Below, piece by piece: positions 19,763 through 27,897 of a stretch of DNA of 64,000 nt. Positions within the stretch are counted from its first letter, which is position 1. Each line of letters begins with the position of its first letter. The notes under the pieces were generated by a model. The model was not told where the DNA came from. It did not search any database and was given only the letters and a program-made list of their open reading frames with translations. The DNA is from Patescibacteria group bacterium (lineage in GTDB: Bacteria; Patescibacteriota; Minisyncoccia; Phycocordibacterales; UBA918). The stretch spans positions 40,922 through 104,921 of the forward strand of contig JAIELQ010000007.1 of NCBI GenBank assembly GCA_019752815.1. The letters are read 5' to 3'. The position numbers were made by a program, and so were the translations under genes.

Positions 19763-20584
19763 ATGAATCTGAAACAAAAAGCGTTTGTAACAACAATCAA
19801 AAAATTTTACACGACCAACGGTCGGCATGATTTACCGTGGCGACACACTCATGACCCGTACCGTATTTTGGTCTCAGAAATTATGTTGCAACAAACACAG
19901 GTGGCACGTGTCATTACTAAATATGATGAATTCTTGAACCGGTTCCCAACGGTACAATCGCTCGCTACAGCCCCGCTTGGTGCCGTTTTAACGCTCTGGC
20001 AGGGTCTTGGGTACAATAGGAGAGCCAAGATGCTCCACGAATGTGCCAAGACGATTGTAAATGAGTATAACGGGGTGTGGCCAAGAGACATCGCCACCTT
20101 GCGATCTCTCCCGGGAATTGGTCCGTACACCGCTGGTGCTGTAGCAGCGTTTGCGTTTAATGTGTCGTCAACCATTATTGAAACTAATATCCGCACGGTG
20201 TATCTTCATCATTTTTTTCCGCAGGGAACTGATGTGCCTGATGCAGCGTTACTGCCAATTATTACCGCGACCCTCGATAACACTGACCCGCGGTCCTGGT
20301 ACTACGCCTTGATGGATTATGGCAGTCACCTTAAACAAACAATTGGTAACAAAAACACCCAGAGCAAACACTACTCCAAACAATCAAAATTTTTTGGTAG
20401 TGATCGCCAAATTCGCGGCGCAATCATTCGCGCTTTGAGTTCAAAAAACACGAGCATAACATTTTCAAATATCTTAAAAGAAATTTCTTCTGCTGATCAG
20501 GAGCGTCTGAGAGTGCAACTTACTAAATTGATATCCGAAAAGATGGTAGAAAAAGTTGGTGCTCGATACCAGCTTCCGCAATAA
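19763..20584 (+). CDS. mutY: A/G-specific adenine glycosylase, HhH-GPD family (no Fe-S cysteines)
   Basis: DLPWR, PYRILVSEIMLQQTQVARV, WQGLGYNRRA, LPGIGPYTA, ALMDYG. Confidence 0.88.
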   Translation: MNLKQKAFVTTIKKFYTTNGRHDLPWRHTHDPYRILVSEIMLQQTQVARVITKYDEFLNRFPTVQSLATAPLGAVLTLWQGLGYNRRAKMLHECAKTIVNEYNGVWPRDIATLRSLPGIGPYTAGAVAAFAFNVSSTIIETNIRTVYLHHFFPQGTDVPDAALLPIITATLDNTDPRSWYYALMDYGSHLKQTIGNKNTQSKHYSKQSKFFGSDRQIRGAIIRALSSKNTSITFSNILKEISSADQERLRVQLTKLISEKMVEKVGARYQLPQ

Positions 20585-20645
20585 AAACCAGGGGTACCCT
20601 GGGTAACTTTTTATATCTTTAATCTTCTCTTTTCTATATTCAATA

Positions 20646-21845
20646 TTATCTGGTGTCCTCAATCCCTAAGGCTAAGAAAATACCAATGACCATCACAAAT
20701 CCGAGCACAATAAACGCGAGGTGAAACGGCATAATAGCAAGGCAAATGCTCCCCAAGAGCGAGCCAGCCAAAACCGCCAGCGGTCTCGTGAGTCTGAAAA
20801 CACTCATCAAATTTGCATCCTGCCCGTCAACTTTTTTAAAGAAATAACTTTCGGTGGTGACTTCAGTTAGGCTGGCGCCGATACGACTGATAAACGCGAG
20901 TATCATCCAAGGGAGTATGCTGGTAGCTGTCATAAATGAAATGCTGGAAACAGTCAGTGCTAAAATCAAGAATCCGATCGCCATCATTTCTTTTTCACCA
21001 AAATAATCATCCGCTAAAATACCTATCGGGTATTCAAATAGCACGTAGGCCAGCAACCCCGAAGCAATAATGGCGCCGATTGATGACCAGGGTAAGTTAA
21101 GTACGCTCGCCAGATAGAGAGGAATATAGACAACGGTCCAGGTAAAAAATACTTGCACTAAAAAGTGAGCAGATAGTACCAGCTTGAGTGCCTTGCTCTC
21201 CCAGCACTGTTTTAAAAGCGGGCGAAACTGTACGCGGTGGTAGAGCGGATCCACAAAGCCCCTAAATGCCAATATGACAATCAAGCTAAACACCACCCCA
21301 ACACCAATCGCAATAAAATACAGTTGCGCTAAATTATCACCGTCACCGACTAAATAGCTAATGGTGAGTGGGGCACAGAGCGCAGCCAGACTCATGAGTG
21401 ACAACGTCATCCCCCTAACATGCCCCGTTGCTCCTTCGTTTTTACCAATCAACGTTTCCGAGAAAATATCCATCGACAGGTACATCAGAGGGTTAATGAT
21501 AAGAAACAGTATGAGTCCAATCACTACTGATGGTGAAGATAGGGCTACTCCCATCATAGCCAGTGTTCCAATGGAAATAACCATAAGTCCTAATGTCACC
21601 AGTACATTACCAAACCGTTGTAATACTGAAGGCAGGAGGATAAATAGGAGCAATGATCCAATGGAACCGATCGAATACAGTAGTCCAATATGCTTGAGGT
21701 CTATAAAATTTCCGAGGTAGGTAGGGCTAGTGTACGACACAAGTAGTGTGTGAAAGTTAAAAACAACCGCCAGGAGATAGACAAACCAGAATTTAATTTT
21801 GTGTTTCGGAACAGAGTTTGGTTCGGGTCGCCGGTAAAAGTACAT
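20646..21845 (-). CDS. MFS transporter
   Basis: About 12 TM helices and a GILADDYFGEK motif-A-like loop. Confidence 0.85.
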   Translation of the reverse strand: MYFYRRPEPNSVPKHKIKFWFVYLLAVVFNFHTLLVSYTSPTYLGNFIDLKHIGLLYSIGSIGSLLLFILLPSVLQRFGNVLVTLGLMVISIGTLAMMGVALSSPSVVIGLILFLIINPLMYLSMDIFSETLIGKNEGATGHVRGMTLSLMSLAALCAPLTISYLVGDGDNLAQLYFIAIGVGVVFSLIVILAFRGFVDPLYHRVQFRPLLKQCWESKALKLVLSAHFLVQVFFTWTVVYIPLYLASVLNLPWSSIGAIIASGLLAYVLFEYPIGILADDYFGEKEMMAIGFLILALTVSSISFMTATSILPWMILAFISRIGASLTEVTTESYFFKKVDGQDANLMSVFRLTRPLAVLAGSLLGSICLAIMPFHLAFIVLGFVMVIGIFLALGIEDTR

Positions 21846-21934
21846 ATTGTATAAGTGTACTAGAGGGTGGGGTAATATTGAATCTGGATTAGTGAATAGA
21901 GAAAATGATGATTCGTATGTGATAAAATTCAACT

Positions 21935-22412
21935 ATGGGTATTCTCTCCCGCTATAAAAAAGTATTAATTGACACTGAACTTCAGTATAAGAGTATCGGC
22001 TCGATAGCTTGTCCGTACTTCAAGAAAGCGGTTGTTTTTAATTCTGACGGATTCCACCATCTGCGGTATAAGGTTGCAGGGAGTGAGAGGGAAAAATCAG
22101 CACAGCTATATAAGTTTAGTTTACTTGTAAGTGCGATAGAAATTATAGGTGCTTCAGGCATGCTCCAGCAATACAGAAAACAGTGGGGCAGTCGGTCGTA
22201 AAAAGAATACTGATGGATCACGCGTTATGAAAGAAATGGAGCACTTTGCTTTTGAGGGGATATTAGGCAAAGGTTCGTCAATGATGAGAATTAAGGCTAT
22301 TGTGCGCAAAGTCGGCAATGGTGAACCGCATTTTTGGAGTGTGATGTCTGATGCTGATCTGAAAAGAAAATCATCATATAAATTAGCCTCTGATGATGTG
22401 CTAGATCAGTAG
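21935..22412 (+). pseudogene. Putative BECR/RelE-like nuclease, split by a +1 frameshift near 22180-22190
   Basis: Two overlapping ORFs merge into one ~158-aa protein: CPYF..VVFNSDGFHHL...IKAIVRKVGNG..HFWSV. The fold assignment is inferred. Confidence 0.5.
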
Positions 22413-22507
22413 GTACAAAAATACCCCTCGCAAGAGGGGTGTTTTTGTATGCCTGCCTTCAGCTTACAGAATATGTTGGCTGAACGGGGCTTTCGCCCAC
22501 AGGCACT
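22413..22507 (-). ncRNA. Candidate ~95-nt small RNA convergent on the nuclease-like gene
   Basis: On the minus strand: TTGATC-16nt-TAATAT promoter, then a three-way junction (gtgcctg/caggcat; gggc-GAAA-gccc; ttcagc/gctgaa), then a terminator cccctc-ttgc-gagggg-tattttt. Confidence 0.5.
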
Positions 22508-22641
22508 AAAATATATTACTTTAATACCGCAAAAGATCAAGCTCGTATTTAGCTTTAAATTCTTTGCTTTCTAAATAAAAATAACACCTGTAACGTCGAT
22601 ATTTTTGATATTTCTATATTAAGAGTTGTATCTAACGGTTT

Positions 22642-22680
22642 AAACAAAACACCGCAAACGAAGTTTGCGGTGTTTTGTTT
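22642..22680. terminator. Intrinsic terminator downstream of rnj
   Basis: aaacaaaacaccgcaaac-gaa-gtttgcggtgttttgttt. Confidence 0.8.
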
Positions 22681-22705
22681 TCTTTAACTTTAAAAAGTGA
22701 TCGAT

Positions 22706-22826
22706 GGACTTTCAGAAATGAGTGCAGTGCTAGGAGTGCAAGAAAATTTTATGGAGACGTACTGCTTGTACGGCGGAATAAAATTTTCGCAGCAACGACA
22801 ACGCAATGTGCCGTTTCTGGAAGTTC
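22706..22826 (-). repeat. Family E palindromic element, copy E4
   Basis: 3 nt after the rnj stop. Highly similar to E7 (ccagaaaYggcacattgcgttgtcg...CCGcCGTAC...GTACGtCT...tcctagcactgcactcatttctgaa). Confidence 0.9.
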
Positions 22827-22829
22827 ACG

Positions 22830-24881
22830 TTAGATACCAATCAAAACCGGAATAACCATCGGTGATTTTTGAGTTCGTTGCATCAAGAAACTCTGGACGG
22901 TCTCAGTCAATTCATCTTTAACGTAATCCAAATCAATCGGATTCATCCGTTCAGTGTGCTTTTCGATAGTCTTTTTAATCAAGACTCGCGCTTCAGACAA
23001 TAGTTGTTGGTTTTCACGGAGGTAGACGAAACCACGAGAGATAATGTCTGGTGATTTGCGGAGTTTACCGGTTTTGCCGTTTACGGTCGCGATAATCACA
23101 AACATACCGTCTTCGGCGAGGGACATACGGTCACGCAACACTACTTCTTGACGCGTACCAACGGTGAATCCATCAACCAGTACTTGCTCGTTAGGAATCT
23201 TTACCTTGTGACGAATGAGCTCAGTACCGTTCTTAATATCAATAATGGTTCCATTGTCAGGGACCACGATATTTTCGCGGGGGAAGCCATTTTCAGCGGC
23301 TACAAACATGTGTGTCTTTAAGTGGTAGTGGTGTCCGTGTACCGGAATAAGGAAACGTGGCTTAACCGCTTTGTTTACCCAAATCAATTCACCCGAGTTA
23401 CCGTGACCAGAGGCGTGCACGTGTGAACCTTGGAAGTTCATCACCCGTACGTTTTGACGGTAAATATTGTCTTTTAGTTTCTGCACGGCGATTTCGTTAC
23501 CGGGAATAACTGATGAAGACAATACAATGGTGTCACGTTCAGTCAGCACAATTTGTTTATGTTTACCGGTCGCCATTCGCATAAGGGCGGCAAACTCTTC
23601 ACCCTGGGCACCGGTTGAGAGTACGACAATTTTATCAGCCGGGTAATTAGGAATGTCGTTTGCTGAAATAAAGGTATCTGGTTTTACTTCAATCAATTTT
23701 GCGGTAATGGCGATATCAATATTAGTTTTGATACTGCGCCCTTCCATGACCACTTTTTTGCCCATGGTTTCACAACTTTGAATCACTGATACCAATCGGT
23801 CAAACTGTGACGCGAACGTACCAATAATCAATCGTCCACGAGTAGTGCGAATGATTTCATCCAGGGTCTTGTATACCTTGGCCTCAGCGACTGAATAGCC
23901 GGCGCGGTCGGCGTTGGTGGAGTCACACAACAGAGCAATGTTGTTGTGGGTACCAACTTCTTCCCAGACTTCTTTTTCTTCGATAACGATATTGTTATTG
24001 TCGTCAGTGACAACCTTGATGTCGCCCGTAATAACAATGTCACCGTGTTTGGTTTCAACAGCGAGACCCATCGCATCAGGAATCGAGTGCGTAACCGGGA
24101 AGGTGCGAATGCGCAATTTACCCACGGTAAAGGCCTCGCCTTCTTTGACGATATGCATGTCAATTGGTGCAATGTGTGGAAATTCTTCCTGACGTTTGAG
24201 GATCATCAGTGACGTGAGATACTGTGTGTACATTGGTGGGTTACCAATACGCTCGTAGAGGAAGGGAATACCACCGATGTGGTCGAGGTGACCATGGGTA
24301 ATAACCATCGCGCGAATTTTGTCTTTTCGTTCCTCAAGATACTGTGTGTTTGGGAGAATGTATTGAATTCCAGGGGCGTTACTTTCTTCAGATACGAACC
24401 CAAAGCCGGCATCAATCACGATGATGTCGTCTTTAGTCTCAATAATGTTCATGTTGCGTCCAATTTCTTCTACACCGGATACGGTAATGATGCGGACAGT
24501 GTCTTCGTCAGTAATTTCAGGAAGAATCGGATTCTTTTCGTCTGTGACCGTCATACGGTGAGTCAGCGCCGGACTGGTCATTGGACGGCGGTTGTTGCCA
24601 CCACTACGTCGTTTGTTATTGCGGCCTGACTTTTTAGCGCCAGCTGTGCCCGTATGGTTACTGCGTCCACCACTGTGTGGTCGGGAGCCAGTATGTGCTC
24701 CAGCCGGGCGCGGGTGAGTAGCTGTTGCTGGTTGTGCACCGGTCGCACCGGTAGCGACTGCTGGCCGCGGGCCACGATTTTGAGACCGGTTGAAATAGCG
24801 GCGGGCGGGGCGGGCTCCTCCCGTAGTACCTGGGGTACTTGGGCGTGGGGTTGGGTTGTTGTTTGATTGTTCGTTGTTCAT
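22830..24881 (-). CDS. rnj: Ribonuclease J with long N-terminal disordered extension
   Basis: GVEEIGRNM, THGHLDHIGG, HSIPD, TGD, DSTNA, HASGH, PVHG, PDIISRGFVY. Confidence 0.95.
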   Translation of the reverse strand: MNNEQSNNNPTPRPSTPGTTGGARPARRYFNRSQNRGPRPAVATGATGAQPATATHPRPAGAHTGSRPHSGGRSNHTGTAGAKKSGRNNKRRSGGNNRRPMTSPALTHRMTVTDEKNPILPEITDEDTVRIITVSGVEEIGRNMNIIETKDDIIVIDAGFGFVSEESNAPGIQYILPNTQYLEERKDKIRAMVITHGHLDHIGGIPFLYERIGNPPMYTQYLTSLMILKRQEEFPHIAPIDMHIVKEGEAFTVGKLRIRTFPVTHSIPDAMGLAVETKHGDIVITGDIKVVTDDNNNIVIEEKEVWEEVGTHNNIALLCDSTNADRAGYSVAEAKVYKTLDEIIRTTRGRLIIGTFASQFDRLVSVIQSCETMGKKVVMEGRSIKTNIDIAITAKLIEVKPDTFISANDIPNYPADKIVVLSTGAQGEEFAALMRMATGKHKQIVLTERDTIVLSSSVIPGNEIAVQKLKDNIYRQNVRVMNFQGSHVHASGHGNSGELIWVNKAVKPRFLIPVHGHHYHLKTHMFVAAENGFPRENIVVPDNGTIIDIKNGTELIRHKVKIPNEQVLVDGFTVGTRQEVVLRDRMSLAEDGMFVIIATVNGKTGKLRKSPDIISRGFVYLRENQQLLSEARVLIKKTIEKHTERMNPIDLDYVKDELTETVQSFLMQRTQKSPMVIPVLIGI

Positions 24882-24902
24882 AAATGTTTTGTTAATTATT
24901 CA

Positions 24903-26639
24903 TTATTTAAAAATTGGCCAAATTGTGTCCGTTTCGGTATTCCACTCATTTGCATTCATGAACCTATCGTGCGGTCTGCTCAATCGTTTCATTGGCGGAA
25001 TATTGATATCGCGATCAAGGACGTAGGTAAGATTAGGTACATAGAGGAAGGCGGCCGGTGTTTCGCGCGCAATGATCTGGAGTGCTCCTAGGGTAGCAGT
25101 GTTTTGGGCTTCGGTACTGGTAGCTACACGTGCTCGTTCGAGCAATCGGTCTACTTCAATGTTGGCGTATTGTGAAATATTCAAGCCTGGGTCTTCGCGT
25201 TGTGAGGAGTGCCAAAATGGATAGAGATCCACTGCTCGGTTCATATCAAGTCCAAATAACAGACTTTCAAAATCTCGGGGGCGAATAACTGCTTGTAAGA
25301 GGTCACTTTGTTCGAATTCTTCGATCTGTACGGTCACACCAAGGTCACGCCACGCGCGGGCAATTACTTCGGTGGTGGCTTCAAACGCTGGGGTATTGGC
25401 GGTTTTAAGCGTGAGCGTCAAGGGTACCACCTCACCATCAATTCGTTTTTCCCAGGCCCCAGTGTTGTTTTTGACCCAACCGGCGCGCGATAAGATTGAT
25501 TCGGCGCGACTTTGCGGGGTACTGGTGCCACTTGGTTCAACGGTTTGGCTCGGTGATTGGAGTGCGGGGTGATTTGGTGGTACGGGGTTATTGGTGGGGA
25601 TACCAAATCCTGACAAGGCAGTATCTACCAAAACATCGCGATCAATAGCGGTGGTGAGAGCTAAACGAACCGCCGTGTCTCGCAACGCGGGAGAACGATT
25701 TTGGTTAAAAAATACAGCAAAAACTCGTGGTAGTGGCTCGGTCACTACCTGGTAGTCACTTGAATCGACAATTGTAGCCACAAAGGCGCTTGGTAATTGT
25801 GCTGAACTGGTGATTTCTTTGGCGTCAAACGCTTGCTGCAACTCATCTTCATTTTGATAAAAATGGACACGTATCTCACTTAAAATCACCGATTCGTTGT
25901 CGGTAAATTTTTTGAGTTCATAGACCGAAATCAAACCGGCTTCATCACGAGTTATGTCATCAATTTGGAACGGACCAGAACCAATTGGTTCGGTATTGAA
26001 CATACTAAACGGCACTTGTTCAACCGGTATAGTGCTCCAAATGTGTTTCGGTAAAATACCAAGGGTAAAGTTTTCAATAAACGGGGTGTAGGCCTGGTTG
26101 AGTAAAATGTTTAACTCGTACTCACCAATTTCTTCGACAGTCACATCAGACCAGTTACCACGGAGCGGACTCTTTAAGTCAGCATTTTGAATTAACCCAA
26201 TCGTGAATGCTACATCACGAGCAGTGAGTGGGGTTCCGTCATGGAAACGTATATTGTTACGAATGATCACGTTGTACGTTTTGCCGTCATCAGAAACGGT
26301 GATGCTTTCCGCCATGTCAGGCACGAGGTTGCCTTCGGGGTCAATTCTCATCAAGCCACTGTACAGCAGTGCCGTCATATCAAGGTCAGCGCGCGTGACC
26401 GCAAGTGCTGGGTTCACAAAGCGGGGAATTCCAATGACTCCTTCGGAGATTGTGCCACCAGCGACCGGAGCTTCCTGGCTAATGGCCGTACTGTACAAAA
26501 TAGCCGCCGAGACCAATGATCCAATAAAGGTAAAGAATAGAATTCGAAGAATAAGCCGATCACTCGGTCGGGTGTTCTCAATCGTGCCGATAAGATGGCC
26601 AAATAGACTTATTTTTGGGTGCGGAAAACGCAATTTCAT
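24903..26639 (-). CDS. Peptide ABC transporter substrate-binding protein (family 5, OppA/DppA-like)
   Basis: LYSGLM...PDMAES...SDDGKTY...FHDGTPLTARDVAFT and PIGSGPF. N-terminal TM anchor. Confidence 0.9.
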   Translation of the reverse strand: MKLRFPHPKISLFGHLIGTIENTRPSDRLILRILFFTFIGSLVSAAILYSTAISQEAPVAGGTISEGVIGIPRFVNPALAVTRADLDMTALLYSGLMRIDPEGNLVPDMAESITVSDDGKTYNVIIRNNIRFHDGTPLTARDVAFTIGLIQNADLKSPLRGNWSDVTVEEIGEYELNILLNQAYTPFIENFTLGILPKHIWSTIPVEQVPFSMFNTEPIGSGPFQIDDITRDEAGLISVYELKKFTDNESVILSEIRVHFYQNEDELQQAFDAKEITSSAQLPSAFVATIVDSSDYQVVTEPLPRVFAVFFNQNRSPALRDTAVRLALTTAIDRDVLVDTALSGFGIPTNNPVPPNHPALQSPSQTVEPSGTSTPQSRAESILSRAGWVKNNTGAWEKRIDGEVVPLTLTLKTANTPAFEATTEVIARAWRDLGVTVQIEEFEQSDLLQAVIRPRDFESLLFGLDMNRAVDLYPFWHSSQREDPGLNISQYANIEVDRLLERARVATSTEAQNTATLGALQIIARETPAAFLYVPNLTYVLDRDINIPPMKRLSRPHDRFMNANEWNTETDTIWPIFK

Positions 26640-26735
26640 ACTCAATAGATACTCAAAGCAAAAAGCAGACTCGGGCGACTTACCAATAGGTACTTTGTGT
26701 AGTGGCACGTATTATACCGTGCTCATCTTCGTTTA

Positions 26736-26975
26736 TTAGACGAGGATGTTTAAAAGTGCAGATAGGACAAAGAGAATCGCAATACCAACAGAAAACTTGA
26801 ACAAGAAAAGCTCGGCGCCACGGCGCTTGTGAAAAGCAGAACTGAAGTTGTCACCTCCAAAGGCTCCACCTAAACTCGATCCTCGTTGTTGCAGTAATAT
26901 AGCGGCAATCAGTAGGACAGAGAGAATTATCTGTACGAATGGGAGTGCCGGTTGCACTGTTTGTATGATTTCCAT
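26736..26975 (-). CDS. secG: Preprotein translocase subunit SecG
   Basis: ILLQQRGSSLGGAFGG...RRGAELFL between two TM helices. Confidence 0.92.
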   Translation of the reverse strand: MEIIQTVQPALPFVQIILSVLLIAAILLQQRGSSLGGAFGGDNFSSAFHKRRGAELFLFKFSVGIAILFVLSALLNILV

Positions 26976-27115
26976 GTGAGAACTATCATAGCATAAATAT
27001 GTTTAGAGTAAATAGGGGAGTCGGTAAATAGTAGCAACTGAGCTGATTTGATTTTATAAGGAATTATTGTACTATTTTAATTAGGTGCAATGAGGTAATC
27101 AAAAAGGAGTTCATA

Positions 27116-27724
27116 ATGAATGCGCAAAACGCTGACGTCGTTTTGAGTCAGTCCAAGTATCCGCACTCGGCCCAAGTAGCCTTTGTGGAGTCTGTGCTTG
27201 GCAGTAGTCATATTTCCCCCTTCGAAGTGAGCGCTCATTTCGGGTGGAGCTACACGCAACAGCAAATAGACGACCTGTATGCAGTGCTGAATAAGGATGA
27301 AACTCCGTTTTGGCTTTCGGCCAATCAGTGTGTCCTTATCCCGCTGCCACCAACACCCATGGATATTCGTGAAGTATTACATCTTGCTAGTCCGGCATCA
27401 GGCTCTAAGCCACTAGATTTTGCAGAACCCGTCGCTCCCATTTACGGTGGGTGGTTGGTCATTCGGTACGGAGATGTTGCGTCAGTCAGCGAAATGTCTC
27501 GGTCTGCTGAGCGGATGCTAAATATAGCTGAAGTTGTCTACGGTGTTACCTTGTATCATAAGTTACGAGGCGTCAATCTACTGGAAGCCAGTTATGCTCT
27601 GACGGCAACTCGACTTGGTGACGGGAAATGGGCTCATGTCGCGTATCCCGGAGCGGAACACTTTGTTGTCAAAGGAATCTGGGCGAATGATCGTTGGGAG
27701 TATATAAGCGGTCTCACGCTCTAA
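27116..27724 (+). CDS. Hypothetical protein
   Basis: AAGGAG SD before the ATG and a terminator hairpin at about 27751-27781. Confidence 0.6.
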   Translation: MNAQNADVVLSQSKYPHSAQVAFVESVLGSSHISPFEVSAHFGWSYTQQQIDDLYAVLNKDETPFWLSANQCVLIPLPPTPMDIREVLHLASPASGSKPLDFAEPVAPIYGGWLVIRYGDVASVSEMSRSAERMLNIAEVVYGVTLYHKLRGVNLLEASYALTATRLGDGKWAHVAYPGAEHFVVKGIWANDRWEYISGLTL

Positions 27725-27897
27725 TGTAACCAGTTGATCAAAAACAGCAAACCCTGCCACCCCACGTGTGGCAGGGATTTTACATCTAGACAAAATCAAA
27801 ATCCCATCGTATAGCCTTGCAATTTTGAATAATAGGTATACTATTCATATTAAGAAGCTTGGGTGGGAGGAGTTTTATTACTTTTAGTCACATTATT

